Assembly: GCA_003644925.1 (NCBI GenBank)
Contig: QNDS01000003.1
Location: 1 to 37,420, forward strand
Reading direction: 5' to 3'
Length of the DNA: 37,420 bases
Source of the DNA: Candidatus Fermentibacterota bacterium
GTDB taxonomy: Bacteria > Fermentibacterota > Fermentibacteria > Fermentibacterales > JCC-6
This document shows positions 27,014-35,472 of the stretch, in pieces (the first letter of the stretch is position 1; each line of letters begins with the position of its first letter). Below the pieces are notes generated by a model. That model saw nothing but the letters and a program-made list of their open reading frames with translations, had not been told where the DNA came from and searched no databases. A program made the position numbers and the translations under genes.

Positions 27014-30010
27014 TCACGTAAGCTGTATAGTTCCAATTCTGGCTTTGGTGTTGATCAGGATACGTAGAGGTCTATAGAGATGGATATACCTCAGGTATTT
27101 CGTCTCCTCCATAGCGGTGTGACTCTCAAGGAAATCGTAATCAAGATAATCTTCACCTTTCCTTTTCAGCGTGAAGTAACCGATTCCAAGAGAGGTGATG
27201 TTCTGGAAGAAATGCGTCCCCTGTGAAGGTTCCACATCCATATCCGGAAGGGGAGTTTCCACAATGCAGCCCACTGAAGATATCTGGTTCCATCGGACCG
27301 GTATTCCAAGCCAGCTGTCCGAACTTCCCCATCTCCCGGGACCTATCAGAAGCGACTGACGTCTGAGGTGTCTTATCTTCCGATTCAGCTGCTCGATCTC
27401 ATCTGCTATCTCAGTTGTCTGACTCCTGTCGAACTTTCTGGAAGATACGTAGATTATGTCCCTGATGTCCTCTATGAATCCGTGGCCCAGGACCTGGTGT
27501 GATATGCAGACAGCATTCTCTTCGTCGATGTCTTCCACTTCCGGCAGCACTCCCGCTGTAGATCCCATCGGTCTGATCTGAAGAAAGCCGAATTCATTGG
27601 ATTTTCCCGTTGAAATGTCTTGCAGATTCACAGCGAATTCGATTTCAATATCACTTGAAAATGCAACCTTGCCTACTTTGAGAAGGTGCTTCAGGAGCGG
27701 TGCAAGTGGAAAATACTCACCCTTAAGCACTCCAGCCATTGTGACAAGCTTCGCACCAGGCCTGAAAGTACCGTCAATTATCATGTCATTGTCTGCAGAG
27801 TAAACAGAGCCAACCGGAGCAAGGGTCCCGTCCTCCTGAGCCCTCTGCAGATCAAGGGTCACCAGGTGCATATCCCGGCCGGGATCATCAGCATTCACAC
27901 TGGCATCCCCCGAAAGATCCAGAGCAAGAAATTCACGCTGAGAGTTTCTCAGATACTCATCAGTTGAGGAGAACTGGTACAGTCTACCGGGAGACTCGGG
28001 TGAGAATCTTACACATTTACCTCCGTCTACAACCGTGCCGCCGAGGCCAAGGGCAACCGAAGCGACACCGCATTCCTCACTCATGCCGTCGAGGGGATAG
28101 AAATTGTACGATTTTGCTACTCCGGCAAAGTTCGGATAGAACGAATCTCCATGTTCTCTGGCTACAATCTGCTGTATAACCACTGCCATTTTTTCTTCCT
28201 CAAGACGGTTAGGTGTGGTTTCTATGTATGCAACCGATTCACTGTAATATGTGGATGCATATACCAGTTTGATTGCGCCGAGAAGGTGCGATAAACGAAC
28301 ATCAATATCAGGGCTGTTGTTAGGAAGCATGTAAGTGCTGTAGATACCGGCAAAAGGGTAGGAGGGACTGTCTTCGAGAAGACTGGAGGATCGTACAGCG
28401 AGAGGATATCTGACTTCCTCAAGAAAAGCAAGCAGCATTCCTCTTACATCAGCCGGAATGGATGCGTCCAGAAAGGCCCCGGCAATTGCTCTGTCCCTCT
28501 TAGTACTGGAGCTATTGTCAGAATCATCGCCACTGAAAGCCAGTTCGGTAAGTCCGGGATTCTCCATGAACCGGTCAAAAACCTCTGTAGTCACAACTGC
28601 GGTTGGAGGAACAAAGATATTTACATCGGGGAATTCATCATTGATACTGTAGATGTTCAGAAGAGCATTTATAAAAGCAAGTCCACGTCCCTTCCCACCA
28701 AGAGAGCCTGAACCTATTTTCACAAACTCCGTGTCGTAATCAAACGTCTCACTTGAGAATTCCTCAACCTGGCCTGCCCTGTACCTATCCATCCATTGCT
28801 TCAGGGATGAAAGCAGATAGGAACGAAGATCTCCAGTAGTTTCGAAATCCTCAACTTTCTGAGGCCTCAGGGCGCGGGCAAGGTCGAATTCGGTCCTGGC
28901 CATCAGCCATGTGGAGAAATCATTCCTCTCTGCATGGTAGAACAGGCACTCATCGGACACTTTCTTCAATGCCAGTCTCAATTCTCTGAGATCTCCGGCC
29001 CTGGCCTCTTCATAGCCATCGGGATTTCTGAATACGAAATCACCGAAACCGAGATAATCCCTCATGAACTCCCTCAGATCCGCCAGGAGAGTAGGTGAGT
29101 TTTTGTTAATGAATGCCGCTCCCATTCTGTTGGCTATTTTCCTGTTGATCTCTTCTGCAGACTGGAATAGAATCGGGCATTCCGGGTCGTTCGACAGTAT
29201 CTCTTCCGCAAGCTGGAAACCGGCACGGGGGTATTCAACACCATCTTTCTCGAATCTCACATCAAGTATCATTCCCAGTATATGATCCTTGAAAAGCCTG
29301 TATAGTTCAATAGCTTCCTCGTAATTGCTTGCATGCAGAATCTTGGGTCTCGCCCGCATCCGCATGAGTTTTTGCATCTGGTTCACACCGTCAGTCATTA
29401 ATGCCTGTGTCTGCTGCATAAGCTCGGTATACAGCATGGGGAGATAGGAGGAACAGAATCTTATGGAATCTTCAACCAGAATTATGCATTTGACCCCTGC
29501 AACGCGGGAATCATGCTCGGCATTCATCCTGTCCTCAATGGATTTGATGATGGCGAGGAACAGCCTTGCGTCTCCCTGCCATACAAAAGCCTGCCCGCTG
29601 GATTCCAGCCTGCCCTCATCCATCAGAATTTTGAGGTCACGTCCGGTATACGCAAGAACCACAAATGGAATGCCAGGCGCCGCCTCGGCAACAGCCGCAC
29701 CCAGTTCATCACATTGCATCGAACCTATGCTGAGCATCGAAATAACCAGATCGAAGCTCTCCTGTTCAAGACGCTGCAATGCTTCCTCACCGGTTGATAC
29801 CCGTACGATGCGCGGAGCGTATCTGAGATTGAGGTGAAGGTACTCGGAGAACAGCACTTCGGTGAATTTGCCGTCCTCTTCCAGCGTATATGAATCATAC
29901 AAGCTTGAGACGAGAAGAATGTTCCTGATCCGTCTGGACATCAGCGTGTAGAAAGGTATAGCTTCAGATCCGCGTCTTCCTACTATTTCATCGAGCTTTC
30001 TGTCCCTCAT
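27014..30010 (-). CDS. REC-like domains fused to a PEP synthase/PPDK N-terminal (ATP-grasp) domain; function unknown
   Basis: Two REC-like segments (NILLVSS..FDLVISM; IILVEDS..MILDVRF), HAERNDFSTWL, GSLGGKGRGL, PLAVRSSSLLED..FAGIYSTY, MAVVIQQ, ALGLG..VVDG, EIEFAV, FLQIRP, SQGTHFFQN. Start set to ATG 30010 (AAGGAA upstream); the track uses 30058. Confidence 0.82.
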   Translation of the reverse strand: MRDRKLDEIVGRRGSEAIPFYTLMSRRIRNILLVSSLYDSYTLEEDGKFTEVLFSEYLHLNLRYAPRIVRVSTGEEALQRLEQESFDLVISMLSIGSMQCDELGAAVAEAAPGIPFVVLAYTGRDLKILMDEGRLESSGQAFVWQGDARLFLAIIKSIEDRMNAEHDSRVAGVKCIILVEDSIRFCSSYLPMLYTELMQQTQALMTDGVNQMQKLMRMRARPKILHASNYEEAIELYRLFKDHILGMILDVRFEKDGVEYPRAGFQLAEEILSNDPECPILFQSAEEINRKIANRMGAAFINKNSPTLLADLREFMRDYLGFGDFVFRNPDGYEEARAGDLRELRLALKKVSDECLFYHAERNDFSTWLMARTEFDLARALRPQKVEDFETTGDLRSYLLSSLKQWMDRYRAGQVEEFSSETFDYDTEFVKIGSGSLGGKGRGLAFINALLNIYSINDEFPDVNIFVPPTAVVTTEVFDRFMENPGLTELAFSGDDSDNSSSTKRDRAIAGAFLDASIPADVRGMLLAFLEEVRYPLAVRSSSLLEDSPSYPFAGIYSTYMLPNNSPDIDVRLSHLLGAIKLVYASTYYSESVAYIETTPNRLEEEKMAVVIQQIVAREHGDSFYPNFAGVAKSYNFYPLDGMSEECGVASVALGLGGTVVDGGKCVRFSPESPGRLYQFSSTDEYLRNSQREFLALDLSGDASVNADDPGRDMHLVTLDLQRAQEDGTLAPVGSVYSADNDMIIDGTFRPGAKLVTMAGVLKGEYFPLAPLLKHLLKVGKVAFSSDIEIEFAVNLQDISTGKSNEFGFLQIRPMGSTAGVLPEVEDIDEENAVCISHQVLGHGFIEDIRDIIYVSSRKFDRSQTTEIADEIEQLNRKIRHLRRQSLLIGPGRWGSSDSWLGIPVRWNQISSVGCIVETPLPDMDVEPSQGTHFFQNITSLGIGYFTLKRKGEDYLDYDFLESHTAMEETKYLRYIHLYRPLRILINTKARIGTIQLT

Positions 30011-30060
30011 CGGCTTTCCTTTGATCTGAGCAAGACAGCATGCAGGTATTTCCGGCATTG

Positions 30061-30099
30061 GGGACGGAGGTAATTAGAATATTCAATTACCTCCGTCCC
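30061..30099. repeat. REP-like palindrome, copy 3 (solo, no transposase)
   Basis: GGGACGGAGGTAATT-agaatattc-AATTACCTCCGTCCC; 38/39 identical to copy 1. Confidence 0.92.
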
Positions 30100-30189
30100 T
30101 TTTCAGGAATATACCCACAATATCCTGATACAGGCACAACATCCACTCGATAATCCTGATCTGGACACACCAAAATCCATAGGTATATT

Positions 30190-30216
30190 ACCAATAATTA
30201 TTGGTGTTGCACCAAT
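30190..30216. promoter_or_regulatory. Putative operator with three ACCAAT half-sites
   Basis: ACCAAT-aatt-ATTGGT-gttgc-ACCAAT: two overlapping inverted repeats 20 bp upstream of the AbrB-like gene. Confidence 0.5.
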
Positions 30217-30236
30217 GTATCATAGACGGAGGAGAA

Positions 30237-30449
30237 ATGCAGATCGATCTTGATAACGTTGCGTATATCGGAGAAACGTCGGTAACAATCCGGAAAAGCA
30301 GGCGCCGGATCACAATACCAAAGGAGATCGTTGAAAAACTGCGTATTTCCGACGGTGACAGAATTCGCTGGGTTCTCTTCAATGATGAAAGATTATGCAT
30401 CTCGAAAGTAAAACCATCCTCTGCGTCGGATAAGCTGGGACATGGATAG
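30237..30449 (+). CDS. AbrB/MazE/SpoVT-family DNA-binding protein
   Basis: RITIPKEIVEKLRISDGDRIRW; ATG 30237 after GGAGGAG. Confidence 0.75.
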   Translation: MQIDLDNVAYIGETSVTIRKSRRRITIPKEIVEKLRISDGDRIRWVLFNDERLCISKVKPSSASDKLGHG

Positions 30450-30457
30450 CCTGAATA

Positions 30458-31276
30458 ATGGATCCTGTTCTATCATTCCTGATATTGTTCATTATCGCCT
30501 TCACCAGTGAGTTCGTGGACTCTTCCCTGGGTATGGGTTACGGAACAACACTGACACCGATTCTGATAATAATGGGATACAACCCGCTTGTGGTCGTACC
30601 CGCAATACTCACTTCAGAACTCATTACCGGAAGCCTTGCCGCCTTTATGCATCACCGTGCCGGGAACGTACATTTTGATTTCAGGAACGATCCCGATCAC
30701 AAACTTATTAAGAAAATGAAATTACTCGGTTACATTCCCAGATCCAATGCCTCGAAAATTGCTCTTGTTCTTGCTGTATGCAGCCTTGCAGGCGCAGTCA
30801 TTGCTGTTTTCGTGGCCATTAATATTCCAAGGACATACCTTAAGGTGTTCATCGGCGTGATGGTCCTTTCAATGGGCATTTTAATCCTGCTGAAAAGAAA
30901 TTCAAGACCGCGATTTTCATGGAAAAAAATCGTAGGACTCGGAGTTCTGGCAGCCTTCAACAAGGGATTGTCCGGGGGTGGTTATGGCCCTCTGGTTACT
31001 TCAGGGCAGATCCTTTCGGGAGTTGACACGAAGAGTTCAGTTGCGATTACATCACTGGCCGAAGGCTTCACCTGCCTTGTGGGAGTATGCACTTTCCTTC
31101 TGCTTGGAACGGAATTTGACTGGACAATTACACTCGCCCTTCTTGCAGGAGCTGTAGCTTCTGTTCCGCTTTCAACCAGGGTTGTTAAGAAACTGAAAGT
31201 AAAGAATTTCACACTCATCGTTGGAACAGCCACGGTTATACTGGGGATATTTACTTTGTATAAGGTTGTTTTCTAG
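30458..31276 (+). CDS. TauE/SafE (TSUP) family sulfur-compound exporter
   Basis: VDSSLGMGYG..TPIL, repeated in NKGLSGGGYGP; about 8 TM helices. Confidence 0.87.
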   Translation: MDPVLSFLILFIIAFTSEFVDSSLGMGYGTTLTPILIIMGYNPLVVVPAILTSELITGSLAAFMHHRAGNVHFDFRNDPDHKLIKKMKLLGYIPRSNASKIALVLAVCSLAGAVIAVFVAINIPRTYLKVFIGVMVLSMGILILLKRNSRPRFSWKKIVGLGVLAAFNKGLSGGGYGPLVTSGQILSGVDTKSSVAITSLAEGFTCLVGVCTFLLLGTEFDWTITLALLAGAVASVPLSTRVVKKLKVKNFTLIVGTATVILGIFTLYKVVF

Positions 31277-31304
31277 AAAAGCGGATTCAGCCCGCAGACG
31301 TTGA

Positions 31305-32717
31305 TTATTCCCTTCGAAGAAGCGAAGACAGGAATGCTCTGATGTCATGAAACAGGCCCATGAAACCCCTGAGTTTATAGTGCTTTTTAAGAAGAGACGG
31401 AATCCGGGAGAAGGGCTTTTTCAGAAGAAAATTCCTGCCGATGGTGCCCTGTGCCCAGTCTCTGAGATTTATCAGTTCCCTGTCGGTGAAATCTGTCAAA
31501 TTCACAAGAAGGCTATCAGCACTGTTCATTTTTGTCAGGAATTTCTCTACGTCCGGAATTCTACCCTGTTCAATGGCCATATTATAGATAGCGGTTCCCG
31601 GGTATGGAGTTACAAACAACATTGGAGCGGTAATGTCAGCCTGTCTGCAGAACTCCACGGTCCTGGCCACAGAGTCGCGCGTCTCTCCGAACATTCCAAT
31701 TATGAAACTCCCGTCAGCGTGGATCCCAACTGACTCCGTCAGTTTGATGGCATCGAGACACTGCTGTGCTGTAACTCCCCTTTTCATCCTTTTGAGCATA
31801 TCATCGCAGCCGGATTCGATCCCGTATGAGATCCAGTCGCATCCTGCATCTTTCATCGAACGCAGCATCTCTCTGTCAACGGTATTCACTCTGCCCAGAC
31901 AGGACCACCTCAGGTCCGGCAGTTCTTCCTTCATGAGGTCACATATCTTCATCACGAAATCTCTGTCGCTTGTGAAAAGGTCATCTGGAAAACCGGAGTA
32001 TCTGATATCGTAACGGTTAACCAGTTCCTTCAACTCCGCGACAATTGATTCGGGAGACCTTCTTCTTACATTCCGTCCATAGATTCTGTAACAGTACACA
32101 CAGTTAAATGGACAGCCCCTGCTGGCAAGCACCTCCATATGACGCACTTTATTCTGGCGGTGATCCAGACTTGATACGTAGTTCTCCACAGGAAAGAGAT
32201 CCCAGGCCGGCCAGGGAATTGAATCCAGATTCTGAATCATATCCCGCGGCGGCGATGTCTTCATGGAGCCCTCATCATCAAGCCACGCGATCCCCAGAAC
32301 GGAATGCCAGTCAGAGCCCTCTTCCAGCGATTTCATTAATTCAACAGATGTGATCTCACCCTCCCCCAGAACCACACAGTCCAATCCGCAGGACTTCAGG
32401 TAAATCCCGGGAACGGTTGTGGCGCCGCTGTTACCCGCCAGCATGAAAACCCCAGGAAGCTCTTGACGTAATCTGTCTGCAAGCTGCTTCACGAATCGGA
32501 ATCTTGTTACCATTCCACCAAAGGCTACTACGCGGGGTGACGAATCCAGAACACGCTTAACAGCTTCTGATACCGAGAAGTTATCACCCTCCATATCGAC
32601 AACTGTTACTTCATGTCCCGCTTCAAGAAGACAAGCTGCTACATACGCCAGACCAAACGGGAAATAACGGGAATGATCTCCCTCGCCGAAACTGGGATAA
32701 ACAAGTGTGATCTTCAT
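31305..32717 (-). CDS. Cobalamin-binding-domain radical SAM enzyme
   Basis: PFGLAYVAA, GEGE, SRGCPFNCVYC (CxxxCxxC), GIESG, FIIG, PYPGT. Confidence 0.92.
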   Translation of the reverse strand: MKITLVYPSFGEGDHSRYFPFGLAYVAACLLEAGHEVTVVDMEGDNFSVSEAVKRVLDSSPRVVAFGGMVTRFRFVKQLADRLRQELPGVFMLAGNSGATTVPGIYLKSCGLDCVVLGEGEITSVELMKSLEEGSDWHSVLGIAWLDDEGSMKTSPPRDMIQNLDSIPWPAWDLFPVENYVSSLDHRQNKVRHMEVLASRGCPFNCVYCYRIYGRNVRRRSPESIVAELKELVNRYDIRYSGFPDDLFTSDRDFVMKICDLMKEELPDLRWSCLGRVNTVDREMLRSMKDAGCDWISYGIESGCDDMLKRMKRGVTAQQCLDAIKLTESVGIHADGSFIIGMFGETRDSVARTVEFCRQADITAPMLFVTPYPGTAIYNMAIEQGRIPDVEKFLTKMNSADSLLVNLTDFTDRELINLRDWAQGTIGRNFLLKKPFSRIPSLLKKHYKLRGFMGLFHDIRAFLSSLLRRE

Positions 32718-32846
32718 TTTTGGTTAATCTCCCCCCCGCAAGATCTGTCTGGCAATAATCGCATATTACGCGATGAAGGTCAAAGCCTGTTATATGCTGT
32801 TATCTGCGTCCGGGGAAATGCTGCAGGTGTTTGGGCCTGCGAATAC

Positions 32847-33314
32847 TCAGCTGATGGAAGCTACTGGAATACGGGTGAGGGACTCTGAAGTGCAACCAGT
32901 ATAGAACCCTTCCTGGAAAGGAATCGGCGCATGGTTTGAAATGCTGCCCCATTGTGTTATCCGGCGAACGCAGTCATCCCGGAAGCCTGACAATCCGTTA
33001 TAGGCCAGACGGATGCGCTGAAGATCTTTTCCGCTGCAGCGGCCTGTTTCAAGACACAAGTCAATCATACAGAACAGTTCCTCTGCGATGAGTGATACCG
33101 AATAGCCTGCACTGTCGAGAAGAAGCTCCAGATCGGTTTCTTCCCATAATCCTGATACTTCCCGGAGTTTATCCGGAATAACGTGCCGCCTGTAATATGC
33201 AAGGCATTCAAATGGGGAATCGAACATTTCATCCGTGTATTCATTGTACCGGCTGTTCTCAAGAGTATCAGACCCTGCAAAGGAATGATGCCTTACGAAG
33301 AAACTTTTTTTCAT
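32847..33314 (-). CDS. Hypothetical protein
   Basis: 155-aa ORF with RBS AAGGAGG and an upstream TTGACA; no family recognised. Confidence 0.6.
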   Translation of the reverse strand: MKKSFFVRHHSFAGSDTLENSRYNEYTDEMFDSPFECLAYYRRHVIPDKLREVSGLWEETDLELLLDSAGYSVSLIAEELFCMIDLCLETGRCSGKDLQRIRLAYNGLSGFRDDCVRRITQWGSISNHAPIPFQEGFYTGCTSESLTRIPVASIS

Positions 33315-33498
33315 GCTGCCTCCTTCTCAATTATTCCTATAGGTAAACATATGTATACATAGCGAGATGTCAAGCAGACATTCGGAATACTTATCGGAGT
33401 GCCTTGACATTTACATTGATTCGCTGTTAATTATTCACAGGCAATTGTTAAGCAGCGATCAATATCACTTCTGCTGCAAAACGAATGGAGGTATTTCT

Positions 33499-33747
33499 AT
33501 GAAATTCCTGGTAACAATGCCGAAGCTCTCGCCAGATGAGATAGACAGATCCTGAGCAAAGGTCATTGAAGCTTCCGGTGGAAGCGGAATGGCCATGGAC
33601 CGGGCATATACGAACCGGGATGAAGGATTTGTCTGCTGCTGCTGGAACGCTCCCTCCCTCGACAGTCTTAAAGGACTTTTTGAAAAAGCCGATGCTCCCT
33701 TCGATAAGATGGAGCCGGTTACGGAGCACTTAGCAGCTGCATGGTGA
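33499..33747 (+). CDS. DUF4242 (SCO4226-like) small protein with in-frame TGA at codon 19; putative selenoprotein
   Basis: GGAGG RBS (33487-33491), ATG 33499. Readthrough gives MKFLVTMPKLSPDEIDRS-U-AKVIEASGGSGMAMDRAYTNRDEGFVCCCWNAPSLDSLKGLFEKADAPFDKMEPVTEHLAAAW; the C-terminal half fits the DUF4242 pattern. TTGACA at 33404 upstream and a hairpin downstream. Confidence 0.7.
33561..33594 (+). promoter_or_regulatory. Putative bacterial SECIS element
   Basis: GGTCATT-gaa-GCTTCC-ggt-GGAAGC-gg-AATGGCC: lower stem, internal loop, 6-bp upper stem and a GGU apical loop separated from the TGA (33553-33555) by 21 nt. Confidence 0.65.
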
Positions 33748-33762
33748 TTGCTGTCCTTCATG

Positions 33763-33793
33763 ATAGAGCCCGTCTTCAACAGGCGGGCTCTAT
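33763..33793. terminator. Hairpin between convergent genes, probable terminator
   Basis: ATAGAGCCCGTCT-tcaac-AGGCGGGCTCTAT; weak U-tract. Confidence 0.6.
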
Positions 33794-34533
33794 TCCCATA
33801 TGAAGTATTTTGCGGCAAAAGCGAAACCTGCTACCGTGACGCCGCACAGGACTAATATCTGAACGGGATACTCCCACAGATGCCCGCCGAGCCATAGCCC
33901 CTGCAGCAGCTCAATCACATGAGTAAGGGGAAGAATCTGTGAGAAGGATTTCAGGAAAGATGGGAGCATTTCCCTTGGAAGGGCAGCTCCGGAAAGAAAC
34001 AGCATTGGAAAATACATGACATTGGAAATTATCATAGCGCTTCGGGCAGTGGGGGCCAGGCTGGCCGGAATGAATCCCAATGCGGAAATAGAGAGAGTGG
34101 ACAGAACAAATGCAAAAAATACTTCGGGAATATTGCCGTAAAAACGCATTCCAAAAACAATCACTCCAGCCGCAAGGAGAAGGAGCATCCCCAAAACCGT
34201 AATTATGAATAGTGAAGATAACTCCGCTGTGAGAACCAGAAGGGGAGAAATCGGAGCAGATTTGAACCTCCTTAAAATTCCCTTCTCCCTGTAGGCTGCG
34301 ATGCTTGTTGTAAGACCCGAGATTCCGGTGGTTAAGATCACTATCCCTATGAAAGCGGGAACGGCGAAATCTATGTATCCGAAATTTTCACCCGGAAATG
34401 GGTCATTACCCCAGATACTTCCGAACAGCATCATAAGCAGCAGCGGGAATATCAGTGTAAAGAAGAAGCCTGATGGTTCCCTCAGGTAAAGGACAAACTC
34501 CATTCGTGTCAGGTTGAAATACCGCTTAAACAT
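33790..34533 (-). CDS. ABC-2 type exporter permease
   Basis: LREP..FFTLIFP, YREKGILRR, PMLFLSGA, ILPLTH; six TMs. Confidence 0.9.
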   Translation of the reverse strand: MFKRYFNLTRMEFVLYLREPSGFFFTLIFPLLLMMLFGSIWGNDPFPGENFGYIDFAVPAFIGIVILTTGISGLTTSIAAYREKGILRRFKSAPISPLLVLTAELSSLFIITVLGMLLLLAAGVIVFGMRFYGNIPEVFFAFVLSTLSISALGFIPASLAPTARSAMIISNVMYFPMLFLSGAALPREMLPSFLKSFSQILPLTHVIELLQGLWLGGHLWEYPVQILVLCGVTVAGFAFAAKYFIWE

Positions 34534-34534
34534 A

Positions 34535-35452
34535 TCAGTCGTTTATCTCTTTTCCGGTCAGTTTCAGGAAAACATCCTCCAGAGTGGATTTCTCTGTATG
34601 AAAGTCCCCCAGTTCAATCTCTCTGTTTACAAGCAGCTTCACGATTTCAACTACTGCCGAACTGTCCTGTACATGTGCTATGGTTTTTCCACCATCCCTG
34701 AAGACCTTAACCACTCCGGTTATCGATTCCAACTCACTCTCATTAAAGCTTTCGGGAATTCCCATGATAACACTGAGGGCGGCGGCATGGGACCTGATAA
34801 GTGATTCGGGAGTATCCATGGCTACGATCTTCCCATTATCGATTATGGCGACCCGGTCACAGAGCTTCTCAGCCTCATCCATATAATGAGTGGAGAGGAA
34901 AACGGTTTTGCCGTCGTCCCTCAACCCTCTGACAAGATCCCACATCGAACGTCTTGAGCGGGGATCAAGACCGCTCGTCAGTTCATCAAAAAATACTATT
35001 TCAGGATCACCGACAAGGGACAGCGCTACGAAGAGCCTTTTCTTCTGCCCCCCTGACAGGGCTGAGAAATGCGACTCCTTCTTATCCGACAATCCCAATC
35101 TTGCGAGGATCCCGGAAGTATCAGCAGGATTCCCGTAAAAGCACGAGAAAAGATCAATTGCTTCCCATACTTTCATTCTATCGGGAAGTTCGGATTCCTG
35201 CTGCTGGATGCCTACCTTTTCCAGGAGAGCCTTTCGCTGCCTTAGGGGATCAAAGCCCAATACGCTGATGAATCCCGAATCGGGTTTGCGCATGCTTACG
35301 ATGCAGTCCATGGTTGTGGTTTTACCAGCGCCATTGGGTCCTACAATGCCGAAGATCTCCCCCCTCGATACGCAAAGGGAGATGCCATCGACGGCATGCA
35401 CCTCGCCATAGCATTTTTTCAGATCTTCGACACGAACAACTACTTCAGGCAG
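34535..35452 (-). CDS. ABC exporter ATP-binding protein (DrrA-like); probable non-canonical CTG start
   Basis: GPNGAGKTT, LSGGQKKR, FFDELTSGLD, STH, TLEDVFL. The frame extends upstream of GTG 35401 through the conserved first strand PEVVVRVEDLKKCYG. Confidence 0.88.
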   Translation of the reverse strand: MPEVVVRVEDLKKCYGEVHAVDGISLCVSRGEIFGIVGPNGAGKTTTMDCIVSMRKPDSGFISVLGFDPLRQRKALLEKVGIQQQESELPDRMKVWEAIDLFSCFYGNPADTSGILARLGLSDKKESHFSALSGGQKKRLFVALSLVGDPEIVFFDELTSGLDPRSRRSMWDLVRGLRDDGKTVFLSTHYMDEAEKLCDRVAIIDNGKIVAMDTPESLIRSHAAALSVIMGIPESFNESELESITGVVKVFRDGGKTIAHVQDSSAVVEIVKLLVNREIELGDFHTEKSTLEDVFLKLTGKEIND

Positions 35453-35472
35453 GATGACCTCAATTCTCCTGT

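Noticed and set aside
12124-30099. CRISPR array from the 39-bp palindromes
   Set aside because: Only three dispersed copies, no spacer periodicity, no cas genes; association with a RAYT explains them.
30122-30179. Degenerate tandem repeat ATCCTGAT...ATCCA (two copies)
   Set aside because: Short, imperfect and only two units; no function can be supported.
33553-33555. Alternative genetic code (TGA = Trp or Gly) as the explanation of the in-frame TGA
   Set aside because: Many intact genes here end in TGA at their expected C-termini (larA, nfnA, nfnB, NuoE-like, PPDK-like) and long ORFs have no internal TGA, so recoding must be site-specific or this is a nonsense mutation.
33367-33818. Track ORFs 33367-33555, 33448-33729 and 33465-33818
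   Set aside because: Better explained by the single RBS-led readthrough gene 33499-33747.
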